Below the pieces are notes generated by a model. The model was not told where the DNA came from and searched no databases. It worked only from the letters and a program-made list of their open reading frames with translations. Shown here in pieces: positions 47,129-58,722 of a DNA stretch of 64,000 nucleotides. Location: NCBI GenBank assembly GCA_965226585.1, contig OZ245366.1, positions 1,230,549-1,294,548 of the forward strand, read 5' to 3'. The DNA is from Thermodesulfobacteriota bacterium (GTDB lineage: Bacteria > Desulfobacterota_D > UBA1144 > Nemesobacterales > Mycalebacteriaceae). The position numbers and the translations under genes were made by a program. Positions within the stretch are counted from its first letter, which is position 1. Every line of letters starts with the position of its first letter.

Positions 47129-47686
47129 CTAAACTCTGTAATACGGCGGAAGGTCAAGGTCTGAAACCTGCCGGTCTCTCTCCGCCGCAATGTCTTCGGG
47201 AAGGGAAAGCATGGAAAGCGCCTTCATAACCGCCGCCACAACGTTGATTGGATTTCTTGAGCCCACAACTTTGGAAAGTATGTCGTGTATGCCCGCAAGG
47301 TCTGCGACCGCACGCACGGCTCCGCCGGAGATAACCCCGGTTCCGGGAGCGGCGGGCAGAAGCACAACACGGCTTGAAGAACTCTCGCACGTAACCTCGT
47401 GCGGTATGGTTGAGCCGCGAAGCGGAATTTTTATCAAGCTTTTGCGCGCCTTGTCCGTCCCCTTCTTAATCGCGCCCGGAACCTCGTTTGATTTGCCGAG
47501 ACCATAGCCGACTATGCCATTTCCGTTGCCCACAACCGTCATCGCGGTAAAGTGGAACCTTTTTCCGCCCTTGGTAACTTTGGCGACACGCCTTATGTCC
47601 ACAACCTTCTCCTCCAGTTCAAGACCGGCGGGGTCGATGTATTTAGGACTGAAACCGGAGCCGATTATACTGCTGTTAGAATTCAA
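47129..47686 (-). CDS. rpsE: 30S ribosomal protein S5
   Basis: RVAKVTKGG, PAAPGTGVI; start placed at TTG 47686, with GGAG upstream. Confidence 0.95.
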   Translation of the reverse strand: MNSNSSIIGSGFSPKYIDPAGLELEEKVVDIRRVAKVTKGGKRFHFTAMTVVGNGNGIVGYGLGKSNEVPGAIKKGTDKARKSLIKIPLRGSTIPHEVTCESSSSRVVLLPAAPGTGVISGGAVRAVADLAGIHDILSKVVGSRNPINVVAAVMKALSMLSLPEDIAAERDRQVSDLDLPPYYRV

Positions 47687-48041
47687 CGCCTTTCTCCCTG
47701 AGTCCGCTCGCAAGAGATTTAACCCTTCCGTGAAAAGGGTATCCGCCCCTGTCAAAGACCGCTTTTTTTACGCCCCCGTCAACTGAAATCTGCCCGAGGT
47801 ACTCTCCAACGGCTTTCGCCTGTTCAACTTTTGAGTCGCTTTCTCCAATGCTTTTCCGTATTTCAGGCGTAAGCGATGACGCGGCAAACATGGTTTTGCC
47901 CTCAACATCGTCAACTATCTGGGCGTATATGTGCCTTGAAGATTTGAAAACGCATATTCTGGGAATCGCGGCGGTGCCGGATATAACCCTTCTTATCCGC
48001 TTGTGCCTTTTGTTTCTGAGGGCTTTTCTGTCTTTCTTCAT
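47676..48041 (-). CDS. rplR: 50S ribosomal protein L18
   Basis: HIYAQ, FDRGGY..HGRV. Confidence 0.97.
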   Translation of the reverse strand: MKKDRKALRNKRHKRIRRVISGTAAIPRICVFKSSRHIYAQIVDDVEGKTMFAASSLTPEIRKSIGESDSKVEQAKAVGEYLGQISVDGGVKKAVFDRGGYPFHGRVKSLASGLREKGVEF

Positions 48042-48583
48042 TTCTTCACCCCTGACTTTCCAGCCTTGAGAATAATCCTTTCCGTTGAAAGCCGCACTCC
48101 CTTGCCTTTGTAGGAGTCCGGTTCGCGCAGTCTGCGTATCTTCGCCGCCGCTTCGCCGACAACCTGTTTGTCAATCCCTTCAAGAGTAAGTTTTGTTCCA
48201 CGCGCCTCCACTTTGGCGGTAACGCCTTCAGGAAGCGGAAAGACAACCGGATGCGAATAGCCGAGAGACATCTTGAGGGCGTCTTTTCCCGAAAGTTCCG
48301 CCTTGTATCCAGTTCCCACTATCTCAAGCGTTCTTGTGAAACCCTCCGTAACACCCTGAACCGAGTTTGCTATGAGCATCCTCACAAGTCCGTGATACGA
48401 CCTCGCAGACCTCGCGCCATCTGTTTTCACTTTTACGGCTCCGTCTGCGACTTCAACCTGAACCCCTTGCGGAACGGAAACAGGCAGTTCGCCTTTGGGA
48501 CCCTTGACGTTCACAAGTCGCCCCGTCTGACTGACGTCCACCTTCTCAGGGAGAATCACAGGTTTGTTTCCAATTCTTGACAT
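48038..48583 (-). CDS. rplF: 50S ribosomal protein L6
   Basis: MSRIG, GYSHPV, YKGKG. Confidence 0.97.
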   Translation of the reverse strand: MSRIGNKPVILPEKVDVSQTGRLVNVKGPKGELPVSVPQGVQVEVADGAVKVKTDGARSARSYHGLVRMLIANSVQGVTEGFTRTLEIVGTGYKAELSGKDALKMSLGYSHPVVFPLPEGVTAKVEARGTKLTLEGIDKQVVGEAAAKIRRLREPDSYKGKGVRLSTERIILKAGKSGVKK

Positions 48584-48588
48584 ATCAA

Positions 48589-48981
48589 TCACACCACCGT
48601 GCAGATAACTTCCCCGCCCACGCCGATATTTCTCGCGTTGCGTCCGGTCATTATGCCGTTTGAGGTTGAAAGTATAGCCGTTCCTATGCCCGTAACAACA
48701 CGGGGAATTTCGTCTTTTCCTATGTACACCCTGCCGCTCGGCTTGCTAATTCTCGTTATCTCTCTGATGCTCGGAACGCCGTCTCCGGAATATTTGAGCG
48801 TAACCTTTATCTGACGGGTTACGCCTTCGCCTTCATCCGTGATTTCCGCAATGTAGCCCTCTTCCTTGAGAACCCTCGCAATCTCCCGTTTGATGCCGGA
48901 GTGGGGAATTGAAACGTCCCCGTGCCGCGCCATAAGGGCGTTTTTAATTCTGGCAAGCATGTCCGCTATTGGATCAGTCAT
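48589..48981 (-). CDS. rpsH: 30S ribosomal protein S8
   Basis: MTDPIADML, GGEVIC. Confidence 0.98.
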   Translation of the reverse strand: MTDPIADMLARIKNALMARHGDVSIPHSGIKREIARVLKEEGYIAEITDEGEGVTRQIKVTLKYSGDGVPSIREITRISKPSGRVYIGKDEIPRVVTGIGTAILSTSNGIMTGRNARNIGVGGEVICTVV

Positions 48982-49001
48982 TTTCTTTATTTCCCGGCGG
49001 T

Positions 49002-49187
49002 TTAGAAACTCGCCTTTCTCACTCCCACAATTTCACCCCGGCTCGCGAGTTCCCTGAAACACAGACGGCAGATGCCGAATTTTCTCATAAACGCGCGGGG
49101 TCTTCCGCACAGGGAACAGCGGTTGACCTTCCTGACCGCATACTTGGGTTTCCTCATGGATTTTTCCCAAAGTGATTTTTTAGCCAT
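49002..49187 (-). CDS. rpsN: 30S ribosomal protein S14 (short Zn-binding type)
   Basis: [16 protein letters not shown], 61 aa. Confidence 0.97.
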   Translation of the reverse strand: MAKKSLWEKSMRKPKYAVRKVNRCSLCGRPRAFMRKFGICRLCFRELASRGEIVGVRKASF

Positions 49188-49760
49188 CTAAGCGTCCTCC
49201 CTGGAAAAAGGCACGCCCAGTTCCTCAAGCAGAACTCTTGCCTCGCCGTCGTTTTCCGTTGTTGTTACAAAAGTTATGTTGAGCCCCTTCACACGCGCAA
49301 CTTTGCTGTAGTCAATTTCGGGGAATATGATGTGCTCTTTGATTCCGAGCGTGTAGTTGCCGTTTCCGTCAAACGATTTCTTGTTGACCCCTCTGAAGTC
49401 TCTGACTCGCGGAAGCGCGAGATTTACAAGGCGGTCGAAAAATTCGTACATCATCGTCCCTCTCAGCGTAACGGCACAGCCGATGGGCATATCTTCACGG
49501 AGTTTGAAACCCGCTATGGATTTTTTGGATATCGTTACCGCAGGCCTCTGCCCCGCTATAAGGGCGAGTTCGGCAACCGCTTCTTCCACAACCGTTTTAT
49601 TGCGTCCAGCTTCGCTCAAACGCCCCAGCCCCATGTTCAGAACTATGCGCTCAAGGCGGGGAACCCTCATCGGATTGGAGTAAGAGTTTCTCTCCATAAT
49701 CCGGGGAACAACTTCCTCGTTGTATATCTTCTTCATTCTTGGTTGCGCGCCAGACATCAT
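49188..49760 (-). CDS. rplE: 50S ribosomal protein L5
   Basis: LPRVRDFRG, FDGNGNY, IFPEI. Confidence 0.98.
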   Translation of the reverse strand: MMSGAQPRMKKIYNEEVVPRIMERNSYSNPMRVPRLERIVLNMGLGRLSEAGRNKTVVEEAVAELALIAGQRPAVTISKKSIAGFKLREDMPIGCAVTLRGTMMYEFFDRLVNLALPRVRDFRGVNKKSFDGNGNYTLGIKEHIIFPEIDYSKVARVKGLNITFVTTTENDGEARVLLEELGVPFSREDA

Positions 49761-50077
49761 ACCTTCTTCCCCGTTTTGCGGTTCACTCTGACCTTTTTGC
49801 CGCCTTCATCCGTGTAGCCCGCTTTGACGGGGGAAGACTCCTTTGAATCGTAAAGCATCAAATTTGAGATGTGCAGACTCGCTTCCTTGTCCACTATTCC
49901 GCCTGAAGGGTTGTCGCGGGTGGGGCGCGTGTGGCGTTTCACCATGTTGAGTTTTTGCACTATCGCCCTGCTTTTTCCGGTGAGAATGCCGGCAACCGTG
50001 CCGGTTTTGCCCTTCTCCTTTCCGGAAAGCACGATAACTTCATCGCCTTTCTTTATGTGGAACTTCACGTTTGCCAC
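49757..50077 (-). CDS. rplX: 50S ribosomal protein L24
   Basis: IKKGDEVIVLSGKEKG KOW motif. Confidence 0.97.
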   Translation of the reverse strand: MANVKFHIKKGDEVIVLSGKEKGKTGTVAGILTGKSRAIVQKLNMVKRHTRPTRDNPSGGIVDKEASLHISNLMLYDSKESSPVKAGYTDEGGKKVRVNRKTGKKV

Positions 50078-50079
50078 CG

Positions 50080-50448
50080 CTACACAACCTCCGGGGCGAG
50101 CGATATGATTTTCATAAAGCCCTTGAATCTGAGTTCTCTCGCTATCGGTCCGAAAACCCTTGTCCCTATCGGTTCCCTGTTGTCATCTATTATCACCGCC
50201 GCGTTGTTGTCAAAACGCACGTAAGTGCCGTCAGTCCTTCTGCTCTCTTTTCTCACGCGCACAACAACCGCCTTGCACACATCGCCCTTGGAAACTCTGG
50301 AGTTCGGCATCGCCTCTTTAATGGACACCACCACCACGTCTCCCAGACGCGCAAACCTTCTTCTGGAGCCACCGAGAACCTTTATGCAGTAAAGCCTCTT
50401 TGCTCCCGTGTTGTCAGCGGAATCAAGATATGAACTTGACTGAATCAT
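50080..50448 (-). CDS. rplN: 50S ribosomal protein L14
   Basis: [21 protein letters not shown]. Confidence 0.98.
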   Translation of the reverse strand: MIQSSSYLDSADNTGAKRLYCIKVLGGSRRRFARLGDVVVVSIKEAMPNSRVSKGDVCKAVVVRVRKESRRTDGTYVRFDNNAAVIIDDNREPIGTRVFGPIARELRFKGFMKIISLAPEVV

Positions 50449-50747
50449 TCTTCCGCTCCGCCCTCACCGGCAAGCACGGGATTTGCCTTGCCAACGATTT
50501 TGCCAACTCTCCATCTCTTGGTTTTGCTCACGGGCTTTGACTCGTATATCAGTGCCTTGTCTCCAACTTCGCACTGGTTTTTTGCGTCATGAACGACGTA
50601 GCGAACCCGCTTTTTGATAGACCTGTTGTAGAGGAGGTGCTTCTTTGTTGCCATAACGTCCACAACGGCGGTTTTGTCGGAGCCGGTTTTTACAACCGTT
50701 CCGATAAGCGAAGTAAGACGCCCTCTTTTTGACTGTTGTTCAGACAT
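50445..50747 (-). CDS. rpsQ: 30S ribosomal protein S17
   Basis: KPVSKTKRW; ATG at 50747; canonical position. Confidence 0.95.
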   Translation of the reverse strand: MSEQQSKRGRLTSLIGTVVKTGSDKTAVVDVMATKKHLLYNRSIKKRVRYVVHDAKNQCEVGDKALIYESKPVSKTKRWRVGKIVGKANPVLAGEGGAEE

Positions 50748-50748
50748 T

Positions 50749-50970
50749 TTATCCTTCCGTGTTCTCCGGTTTATTCTTCCTCTCAAGTTCCGCCCTCACC
50801 GTCCGTATCCTCGCTATGTCTCTTCTGAGAATCTTTATCTTCGCAAAAGCTGTGGTCTGCTTCGTTGAGACCTGCATGCGGAGATTGAAAAGGGAGGAAG
50901 CCAGCTCGCGCTCCTTTTTGTTGAGGTCGCCGACCGTTAACTCTCTGAGTTTAGCAGGTTTTTCAGCCAT
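50749..50970 (-). CDS. rpmC: 50S ribosomal protein L29
   Basis: LFNLRMQ, RRDIARIRT. Confidence 0.95.
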   Translation of the reverse strand: MAEKPAKLRELTVGDLNKKERELASSLFNLRMQVSTKQTTAFAKIKILRRDIARIRTVRAELERKNKPENTEG

Positions 50971-51389
50971 TATACAACATCCTCGCTGCGCTCAACCGTG
51001 CGCGTTTTCAGGGGCAGTTTGTGGGAGGCGAGCCTGAAAGCCTCTTTGGCGAGACTTGTGGGAACGCCGCTCAACTCATAAAGCATCTGTCCGCGTCTCA
51101 CGGGAGCCACATATTCCGACAGGTCGCCCTTTCCTTTTCCCATCCTCGTTTCGGCGGGCTTTTTCGTAAGCGGTTTGTCGGGGAATATCCGTATCCAAAG
51201 TTTCGCGCCCCTTTTCACATGGCGGGTTATTGCTATCCTCGCCGCCTCTATCTGCCTTGAAGTGAGACGCCCGTTCTCAAGCGTCTGGAGACCGAACTGA
51301 CCGAAATCAATTCCGGTTCCTCTGGTCGCCGCGCCGCGTATACGCCCCTTGAACATCTTGCGGTATTTTGTTTTTTTAGGTTGAAGCAT
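50970..51389 (-). CDS. rplP: 50S ribosomal protein L16
   Basis: [18 protein letters not shown]. Confidence 0.98.
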   Translation of the reverse strand: MLQPKKTKYRKMFKGRIRGAATRGTGIDFGQFGLQTLENGRLTSRQIEAARIAITRHVKRGAKLWIRIFPDKPLTKKPAETRMGKGKGDLSEYVAPVRRGQMLYELSGVPTSLAKEAFRLASHKLPLKTRTVERSEDVV

Positions 51390-51401
51390 TGCGTTTCACC
51401 G

Positions 51402-52049
51402 TCAGGAAGATGCCTTTTTCTCTATGATGTCTCCTTTGAATATCCAGGTCTTGATGCCGATAACCCCGTATTTGGTCTTTGCCTGAGCAAAGCCGTAGTC
51501 TATGTCCGCTCTCAATTTCGCAAGGGGGATACTGCCTTCCTTGTACCATTCTCTTCTGGCTATCTCCGCTCCGGCAAGCCGCCCCGCCGCCATAATTTTT
51601 ATCCCGAGTGCGCCGGTTCTCATGGCGGATGAAATTGCCTGCTTCATCGCCCTTTTGTATGCCACCCTGCGCTCTATCTGAAGCGCGACATTTTCCGCGA
51701 CCATTTGCGCGTCTGTCTCGGAACGGCGGACTTCTTTGATGTCCACAACCATTTCCTTGCCCGTTTGCGCCTGAAGTTCCTTGCGTATTCTCTCAATCTC
51801 CTGCCCGTTGCGCCCTATGATGATTCCGGGACGAAGGGCGTGTATGACGACCTTGACCTTTTTCTGAATGACGCGCTCTATCTCAATCCGGGAAATGCCC
51901 GCCTGATAGAAATCCTTTTTGAGAAATCTCCGTATTCTGATGTCTTCGTTCAGCATTTCCGTAAAAGACGCCTTCTCCGCATACCATTTGGAGTCCCAGG
52001 TTTTCGTTATGCCTATTCTCAGACCTATTGGATTTACTTTCTGTCCCAT
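51402..52049 (-). CDS. rpsC: 30S ribosomal protein S3
   Basis: [18 protein letters not shown]. Confidence 0.98.
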   Translation of the reverse strand: MGQKVNPIGLRIGITKTWDSKWYAEKASFTEMLNEDIRIRRFLKKDFYQAGISRIEIERVIQKKVKVVIHALRPGIIIGRNGQEIERIRKELQAQTGKEMVVDIKEVRRSETDAQMVAENVALQIERRVAYKRAMKQAISSAMRTGALGIKIMAAGRLAGAEIARREWYKEGSIPLAKLRADIDYGFAQAKTKYGVIGIKTWIFKGDIIEKKASS

Positions 52050-52050
52050 A

Positions 52051-52389
52051 TTAAAGCCCCTTCCTCTCAAGCACTATTGTGATATGGCTTGTTTTTCTTT
52101 TTATCTGAAAAGCCCTTCCCATCGCCCTTGCCTTGAACCTTTTAAGAGCGGGGCCTTCATCGGCGTACGCCTCTTTAATGTAAAGTTCATCCGGCTCCGG
52201 AAAGCCCTTCTCCGAAGCATTTGCCACTGCGGACTTGAGAATTCCGGCGATAACCGGCGCAGACCTTTTACGCAGAAGGTGAAGCACCGAGAACGCTTCC
52301 TCCACATTCCTGCCCCTTATAAGCGGAAGAACAAGGCGAACCTTGTCGGGAGACATTCTGTAATATTTGAGAACGGATTTTGAAACCAT
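52051..52389 (-). CDS. rplV: 50S ribosomal protein L22
   Basis: SAVANA, RAMGRA, TSHITI. Confidence 0.97.
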   Translation of the reverse strand: MVSKSVLKYYRMSPDKVRLVLPLIRGRNVEEAFSVLHLLRKRSAPVIAGILKSAVANASEKGFPEPDELYIKEAYADEGPALKRFKARAMGRAFQIKRKTSHITIVLERKGL

Positions 52390-52400
52390 TTGAAAAACCC

Positions 52401-52700
52401 CTATCTTCCCACCTTGGATTTTTTGTCTCCGCCGCCGCCGGCCGCGTGTCCCTGAAAACTTCTTGTCGGCGAAAACTCTCCGAGTTTGTGCCCTATCATG
52501 TGTTCGTTAACCGACACGGGAATAAACCTCTTGCCGTTGTGAACGGCTATTGTCAGCCCTATCATCTCAGGTATCACCATTGATGAGCGCGACCACGTTT
52601 TGATATACGCGTCGCTCTTTTTCTGCTCTTTTGCCGCGAGCACCTTCTTGAGAAGTTTCTCGTGAATAAACGGCTGTTTCTGTTTTGCGTCTTCTGTCAT
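52401..52700 (-). CDS. rpsS: 30S ribosomal protein S19
   Basis: [22 protein letters not shown]. Confidence 0.97.
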   Translation of the reverse strand: MTEDAKQKQPFIHEKLLKKVLAAKEQKKSDAYIKTWSRSSMVIPEMIGLTIAVHNGKRFIPVSVNEHMIGHKLGEFSPTRSFQGHAAGGGGDKKSKVGR

Positions 52701-52702
52701 GG

Positions 52703-53545
52703 TTAATCCATCCCGTACCCTACCCTGCGGGGCCTTACTATGTATTTGTCCGTCCTTTTGTTCTTTCTCGTTTTGTATCCGATGGTTATCCAGCCCCAGG
52801 GGGAAACGGGGTGAGGATTTCCTTTCGCGGCTTTGCCCTCTCCGCCGCCGTGAGGGTGGTCAACGGGGTTCATCGCCACTCCCCTGACGTTGGGTCTGCG
52901 CCGTCTGTGCCTGTTTCTTCCGGCTTTTCCGATTGTTACAAGTTCATGCTCTGAGTTGCCAACTTTTCCGACTGTCGCCATACATTCAAGGCTTATCATC
53001 CGTATTTCCCCTGACGGCATTTTAAGAAGCGCGCGTCCGCCCTCTTTGGCGGTTATCTGCACCGAACTTCCCGCGCTGCGGGCTATCTTGCCGCCGCCGC
53101 CCGGGCGAATCTCAACGTTGTGAACAAACACGCCCGTGGGGATATCTTTCAGTTTCAGCGCGTTGCCCGATGTAACTTCGGAACCTTCGCCCGAAAAAAT
53201 TGTGTCTCCAACCGACATTCCGTCGCAGGCGATAACGTATCTTTTCTCGCCGTCTGCGTAGTGCAGAAGCGCGATTCTGGCAGATCTGTAAGGGTCGTAC
53301 TCTATTGACGCGACCTTTGCGGGAACTCCGGATTTTGCTCTTTTGAAGTCAACCTCGCGGTAGAGCCGTTTGTGCCCGCCGCCCCGGTTGTAACTTGAGA
53401 TGCGTCCGCCGCTTCCTCTTCCCGCCTTGTTGGGTATGGAGGCGGTGAGCGGCTTGTGCGGGGTGGATTTCGTCACTTCGGAGAAATCTTCGCCCGTTCT
53501 GAAACGCGTTCCCGGAGATGTGGGTTTGAACTTTCTTATTCCCAT
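52703..53545 (-). CDS. rplB: 50S ribosomal protein L2
   Basis: [22 protein letters not shown]. Confidence 0.98.
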   Translation of the reverse strand: MGIRKFKPTSPGTRFRTGEDFSEVTKSTPHKPLTASIPNKAGRGSGGRISSYNRGGGHKRLYREVDFKRAKSGVPAKVASIEYDPYRSARIALLHYADGEKRYVIACDGMSVGDTIFSGEGSEVTSGNALKLKDIPTGVFVHNVEIRPGGGGKIARSAGSSVQITAKEGGRALLKMPSGEIRMISLECMATVGKVGNSEHELVTIGKAGRNRHRRRRPNVRGVAMNPVDHPHGGGEGKAAKGNPHPVSPWGWITIGYKTRKNKRTDKYIVRPRRVGYGMD

Positions 53546-53833
53546 TTATACGCCCTCAAAAATTTCTATCTTTCCCTCAATTACTTTGACATACGCCTTT
53601 TTGTAGCCGGGTCTTCTTCCCGCCGCCCCGCGCGCCCGCCTGACAGTTTTGCCGGGCATAACGGCGGTTCTAACCTTGCCGACCTTCACACCGAACGCCT
53701 TTTCAACGGAATCCTTTATCTGATGCTTGGCGGTTCTCTCGTCAACCGAGAAAACGTACCAGCCGTTTTCACGAACAGACAGACTCTTCTCCGTAACAAC
53801 GGGAGACTTGATGATTTTATACGGGTCGTTCAA
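53546..53833 (-). CDS. rplW: 50S ribosomal protein L23
   Basis: PVVTEKS, YKKAYV. Confidence 0.96.
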   Translation of the reverse strand: MNDPYKIIKSPVVTEKSLSVRENGWYVFSVDERTAKHQIKDSVEKAFGVKVGKVRTAVMPGKTVRRARGAAGRRPGYKKAYVKVIEGKIEIFEGV

Positions 53834-54459
53834 TGCTCAAGAGCCTCCTGTACGGACTTGACCGCATCCACGGTCATTATCACTCCGTCAAATCCCAGAG
53901 TGTCGTAAACATTCACTCCTTTGTCCGCAAGAATCTTCACTCCCGGAATATTGTTTGCCGATTTCGCGAAGTTCTCCCAGTTGCTTCCCGGAACATCCAC
54001 AAAAAGCGCGCTGGAAACCCCGAAAGCCTTCATCATTTCGGCGACCTGTTTTGTCTTTATTTCGGGAAGGCTCAAGTCCTGCACAACCGTTATCGCGCCG
54101 TCACGGAACCTTGCCGAGAGGGCAGACTTGAGAGCCTGTTTTCTTACCTTGCGCGGAACTTTGAAAGACCAGTCTTTGGGTTTGGGACCGAAGGTAACTC
54201 CGCCTTTTCTCCATATAGGGGAACGGGTGGAGCCGTGCCTTGCGCGCCCTGAGTGTTTCTGCTTCCAGGGCTTCGCGCCGCCGCCTCTCACCTCGCCGCG
54301 CGTTTTGGTTGAAGCGGTTCCGCTTCTCGCCGCGGCAAGCTGCCACCTGACGACAACCTGCATAAGGTCTTCTCTGACGGCAGACTCAAAAACATCGCCT
54401 TTGAGGTCAAGTTTGCCGACCGGAGATTTGCTCATGTCATATACTTCAACCGTCGGCAA
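53830..54459 (-). CDS. rplD: 50S ribosomal protein L4
   Basis: TKTRGEVRGGGAKPWKQK, GGVTFGP. Confidence 0.97.
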   Translation of the reverse strand: MPTVEVYDMSKSPVGKLDLKGDVFESAVREDLMQVVVRWQLAAARSGTASTKTRGEVRGGGAKPWKQKHSGRARHGSTRSPIWRKGGVTFGPKPKDWSFKVPRKVRKQALKSALSARFRDGAITVVQDLSLPEIKTKQVAEMMKAFGVSSALFVDVPGSNWENFAKSANNIPGVKILADKGVNVYDTLGFDGVIMTVDAVKSVQEALEH

Positions 54460-55087
54460 CAGACCCGCCTCCTTTTACAGAATGTCTTATAAAAACCCCC
54501 GAACCCCTGTGCCCCGCAACGGAGCCCTTAACGGTTACAAGGTTCTTTTCCCTGTCAACCGACACAACTTTCAAACCTTGAGAAGTTACACTGCGTCCGC
54601 CCGCTCTTCCCGCCATCTTTATTCCCTTCCACACACGCGCCGGATATGACGCCTGCCCGATTGAGCCGGGTCTGCGGTGCGCCTTTCCGCCGTGCGAAGC
54701 GGGCTGTCCCGCAAATCCGTGCCTTTTAATAACGCCCGTAAAACCTTTTCCTTTTCCGGTTCCAACCACGTCAACCTTGTCTCCCTCTTTGAAAAGATCT
54801 GCGGTGAAAATGTCTCCCGGCTTTATATCTTCGCCCTCGCAACTGACTTCAACAATACGTTTCATTGCCGGAAGCCCGGCGGCGGAGCAATGCCCGGCGG
54901 CGGCTTTATTCGGGGTAAAATCTTCCCCGTATCCGATTTGAACCGAGTTGTAGCCGTCTGTATCTTCGGTTTTTTTCTGAATCACGTAGCACGGACCCAC
55001 CTCAAGAACCGTAACGGGAACAAGCACGGAGCCGTCCTGAAACACTTGAGTCATCGCCACTTTCTTTCCTATAAGTCCGCCTATCAT
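54446..55087 (-). CDS. rplC: 50S ribosomal protein L3
   Basis: KGKGFTGVIKRHGF, HRRPGSIG. Confidence 0.97.
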   Translation of the reverse strand: MIGGLIGKKVAMTQVFQDGSVLVPVTVLEVGPCYVIQKKTEDTDGYNSVQIGYGEDFTPNKAAAGHCSAAGLPAMKRIVEVSCEGEDIKPGDIFTADLFKEGDKVDVVGTGKGKGFTGVIKRHGFAGQPASHGGKAHRRPGSIGQASYPARVWKGIKMAGRAGGRSVTSQGLKVVSVDREKNLVTVKGSVAGHRGSGVFIRHSVKGGGSVADG

Positions 55088-55105
55088 TTTTTCTGCCGCC
55101 GTTTG

Positions 55106-55420
55106 TTATGTCAGTTTGATGTCAACATCCACGCCTGAAGCCAAATCCAGCTTCATGAGTTCGTCAACCGTCTGGTGTGTCGGCTCAAGTATGTAGACAA
55201 TACGTTTGTGAGTCCTCACCTCAAAATGCTCCCTTGAATTTTTGTTCACGTGCGGGGAACGCAGAACGCAAAACCTGCGTATGTGCGTGGGAAGCGGAAG
55301 GGGACCTGAAATTCTGGCTCCCGTTCTCTTCGCCGTGTCCGCTATCTCAAACGCCGACTTGTCGAGGAGACGGTGGTCGAACGATTTGAGTTTGATTCTT
55401 ATTTTTGAGGCAAGGTTCAT
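55106..55420 (-). CDS. rpsJ: 30S ribosomal protein S10
   Basis: GPLPLPT, RSPHV, RTHKR. Confidence 0.98.
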   Translation of the reverse strand: MNLASKIRIKLKSFDHRLLDKSAFEIADTAKRTGARISGPLPLPTHIRRFCVLRSPHVNKNSREHFEVRTHKRIVYILEPTHQTVDELMKLDLASGVDVDIKLT

Positions 55421-55423
55421 GGC

Positions 55424-56599
55424 TTACTCGATAATACCCGTGACGACGCCTGCGCCCACGGTTTTGCCTCCTTCCCTTATGGCGAAGCGGAGTTGTTCCT
55501 CCATCGCCACCGGGGCTATAAGTTCAACTTCCACGTTCACACTGTCTCCGGGCATAACCATCTCCACTCCGTCAGGGAGTTTCACCGAGCCCGTTACGTC
55601 CGTTGTCCTCAGGTAAAACTGAGGCCTGTATCCGGGGAAAAACGGCGTGTGCCTGCCGCCTTCCTCTTTCTTCAAAACATACACTTCCGCGGAAAACTTC
55701 TTGTGCGGCGTTATACTTCCCACCGCGCTCAAAACCTGCCCGCGCTCCACATTCTCTTTGTCTATGCCTCTGAGAAGCACACCCACATTGTCTCCGGCAA
55801 CAGCATCGTCAAGTATCTTGCGGAACATCTCAAGGCTCGTGGCCACAGTCTTGACCGTCTCGCCAAAACCCACTATCTCAACCTCGTCTCCAGCCTCTAT
55901 CTTGCCCTTCTCCACCCTGCCCGTTACAACAGTCCCGCGTCCCGATATTGTGAACACATCCTCCACCGCCATAATGAACGGCTTGTCCACCTCTCTCACA
56001 GGCTCGGGAATGTAGCTGTCCACGGCGCTCATCAACTCCCGTATCTGCGCCTCCGCATCCGCATCCCCTTCAAGCGCCTTAAGTGCGCTTACTTTTACTA
56101 TCGGTATGTCGTCACCGGGAAACTTGTACTCACTCAAAAGCTCCCGTATCTCTAACTCTACAAGATCAAGCAACTCAGGGTCGTCCAGCATGTCAATCTT
56201 GTTCAACGCAACCACTATCGACGGAACACCTACCTGACGCGCAAGCAGTATGTGCTCCCGCGTCTGGGGCATCGGTCCGTCTGGTGCGCTCACCACAAGT
56301 ATCGCGCCGTCCATCTGCGCAGCTCCCGTTATCATGTTCTTTACATAGTCCGCGTGACCGGGACAGTCAACGTGCGCGTAGTGCCGCGTATCCGTCTCAT
56401 ACTCCACGTGAGATATGTTTATCGTTATCCCCCTGTCCTTCTCCTCAGGAGACTTGTCTATGTCACCAAACTCTACATACTCTGCCTTGTCCAAAACCTT
56501 CGTTATCGCCGCTGTAAGTGTCGTCTTGCCATGGTCCACGTGACCCACTGTCCCTATGTTTAAATGCGGCTTCCCTCTCTCAAACTTCTCCTTCGACAT
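55424..56599 (-). CDS. tuf: Elongation factor Tu
   Basis: [28 protein letters not shown]. Confidence 0.99.
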   Translation of the reverse strand: MSKEKFERGKPHLNIGTVGHVDHGKTTLTAAITKVLDKAEYVEFGDIDKSPEEKDRGITINISHVEYETDTRHYAHVDCPGHADYVKNMITGAAQMDGAILVVSAPDGPMPQTREHILLARQVGVPSIVVALNKIDMLDDPELLDLVELEIRELLSEYKFPGDDIPIVKVSALKALEGDADAEAQIRELMSAVDSYIPEPVREVDKPFIMAVEDVFTISGRGTVVTGRVEKGKIEAGDEVEIVGFGETVKTVATSLEMFRKILDDAVAGDNVGVLLRGIDKENVERGQVLSAVGSITPHKKFSAEVYVLKKEEGGRHTPFFPGYRPQFYLRTTDVTGSVKLPDGVEMVMPGDSVNVEVELIAPVAMEEQLRFAIREGGKTVGAGVVTGIIE

Positions 56600-56622
56600 A
56601 TCTGTATACCTCCTTTCTTGTG

Positions 56623-58707
56623 TCAGCCGTCGCCCGCCGACTGTCTAAGTTCTTCCGCTATATTCGGCGGAAGAGCCTCGTAACGCGCGAACTCCATTGT
56701 GAAGGAACCCCTTCCCTCAGTCATCGACCTCAGCGTTGTAGCATATCCGAACACTTCGCCGAGGGGAACATCTGATTTTACCGCCTGCATTCCGCCGCGC
56801 ATTTCAGTGCTTACGATTCTTCCCCTTCTGGAGTTCAAATCCCCAATAATTCCGCCGGTAAAGTCTTCCGGCGCGACAACCTCAAGGCTCATCACCGGCT
56901 CAAGAATTGACGGAGACGCTTTCGCAAAACCGTCTTTGAAAGCCATTGACCCCGCGATTTTGAACGCTATCTCGGAAGAGTCAACCTCGTGGAAAGAGCC
57001 GTCATAAAGCGTAACGCGCACGTCAACAACCGGATAGCCGGAAATAACTCCGGTCTCTATAACCTCTTTCATTCCCTTCTGAACGGCGGGGATGTATTCC
57101 CTCGGTATCACTCCGCCTTTTATCTTGTCAATAAACTCAAAACCGCCGCCTCTCTCAAGCGGCTCCATCTGTATCTTCACGTGCCCGTACTGCCCGCGCC
57201 CGCCCGTTTGCCTGATGAATTTGGCTTCAACATCCGAGGAACCCATTATGGTCTCCCTGTACGCGACCTGCGGCTTTCCAACATTCGCATCCACGCCGAA
57301 CTCCCTTGAAAGCCTGTCAACAATAACGTCAAGGTGAAGTTCGCCCATTCCCGATATAACAGTCTGCCCGGTCTCCTCGTCGCTTCTGACCCTGAATGAA
57401 GGGTCTTCAAGGGCGAGGCGCGAAAGGGAAACCGCGAGTTTTTCCTGATCGGGTTTGGATTTCGGCTCAATCGCGATAGATATGACGGGGTCTGAAATAT
57501 TGAGACTTTCAAGCACTATGGGGTTTGCCTGATCGCAAAGCGTGTCGCCGGTTATGGAGATTTTAAGCCCAACGGCGGCAACTATTCCGCCCGCCCCTAT
57601 CTCTTTGATTTCCTCTCTCTTGTTGGCGTGCATTCTCACAAGCCGCCCTATTTTTTCTTTCTTGCCCTTGGTTGAGTTCAAAACCGTACTGCCGGAAACC
57701 ATCTTCCCGGAATACACCCTCACGTATGTAAGTTGTCCCACAAAGGGGTCGTTCATAATCTTAAAAGCCAGCCCTGAAAAAGGAGCCTCCGTGTCTGAGG
57801 GTCTTGAATCCTCTTCGCCGTCATCGTTTAACCCCGGTATCGGGGGAAGGTCAACCGGAGAGGGAAGGTAGTCCACAACGGCGTCAAGAAGAAGCTGAAC
57901 GCCCTTGTTTTTGAACGCCGAACCGCAGAACACCGGAATTATGTTAAGGGCGATGGTCTGCTCTCTCACAACTTTTTTAACGATGGCGGTGTCCACATCT
58001 TCGTCGCTCAGGTACGCCTCCATTATGGAGTCGTCAAAATCGGCAATCGCTTCAAGCAGTTGTTTGCGCCCCGCCGAAAAATCTTCCCGCGACTCTTCGG
58101 GGATGTCTTTCTCTTCAAACTTCGCCCCCAGAGATTCTCCGTCCCACACCACAAGTTTTTGCGAAACAAGGTCGATTATGCCCTTAAAGTCTTCGCCCTC
58201 AAACCAGGGTATGTGCATATAAACGGGGCGGGCGTTCAGCCGCTCCTCAATCTGTTTGACAACCTTGAAAAAGTCCGCGCCGATTCTGTCCATCTTGTTG
58301 ACAAAGCACATTCTCGGAACGCCGTAGCGGTCTGCCTGCCGCCAAACGGTTTCGGTTTGCGGCTCAACTCCGCCAACGCAGTCAAACACAACAACGGCTC
58401 CGTCAAGAACTTTGAGCGAACGCTCAACCTCTATCGTGAAATCAACGTGTCCGGGAGTGTCAACGATGTTTATCCTGTGGTCGTCCCAGAAGCAGGTTGT
58501 TGTTGCCGAAGTGATGGTTATTCCGCGCTCCCTTTCCTGGTCCATCCAGTCCATCGTGGCGGTTCCTTCGTGAACCTCTCCTATTTTGTAGGTAAGCCCG
58601 GTGTAGAAAAGTATGCGTTCGGTGGTTGTGGTTTTACCCGCGTCTATGTGCGCCACAATCCCTATATTGCGCACCTTGTCCATGGGGACTTTTATTTCTT
58701 CTGCCAT
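56623..58707 (-). CDS. fusA: Elongation factor G
   Basis: [29 protein letters not shown]. Confidence 0.99.
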   Translation of the reverse strand: MAEEIKVPMDKVRNIGIVAHIDAGKTTTTERILFYTGLTYKIGEVHEGTATMDWMDQERERGITITSATTTCFWDDHRINIVDTPGHVDFTIEVERSLKVLDGAVVVFDCVGGVEPQTETVWRQADRYGVPRMCFVNKMDRIGADFFKVVKQIEERLNARPVYMHIPWFEGEDFKGIIDLVSQKLVVWDGESLGAKFEEKDIPEESREDFSAGRKQLLEAIADFDDSIMEAYLSDEDVDTAIVKKVVREQTIALNIIPVFCGSAFKNKGVQLLLDAVVDYLPSPVDLPPIPGLNDDGEEDSRPSDTEAPFSGLAFKIMNDPFVGQLTYVRVYSGKMVSGSTVLNSTKGKKEKIGRLVRMHANKREEIKEIGAGGIVAAVGLKISITGDTLCDQANPIVLESLNISDPVISIAIEPKSKPDQEKLAVSLSRLALEDPSFRVRSDEETGQTVISGMGELHLDVIVDRLSREFGVDANVGKPQVAYRETIMGSSDVEAKFIRQTGGRGQYGHVKIQMEPLERGGGFEFIDKIKGGVIPREYIPAVQKGMKEVIETGVISGYPVVDVRVTLYDGSFHEVDSSEIAFKIAGSMAFKDGFAKASPSILEPVMSLEVVAPEDFTGGIIGDLNSRRGRIVSTEMRGGMQAVKSDVPLGEVFGYATTLRSMTEGRGSFTMEFARYEALPPNIAEELRQSAGDG

Positions 58708-58722
58708 CTCTTGTCCCCCTTT

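Noticed and set aside
55424-56599. Slightly short EF-Tu (391 aa, ~3-aa deletion before switch I)
   Set aside because: Length variation in this loop is known among bacterial EF-Tu; no evidence of altered function.
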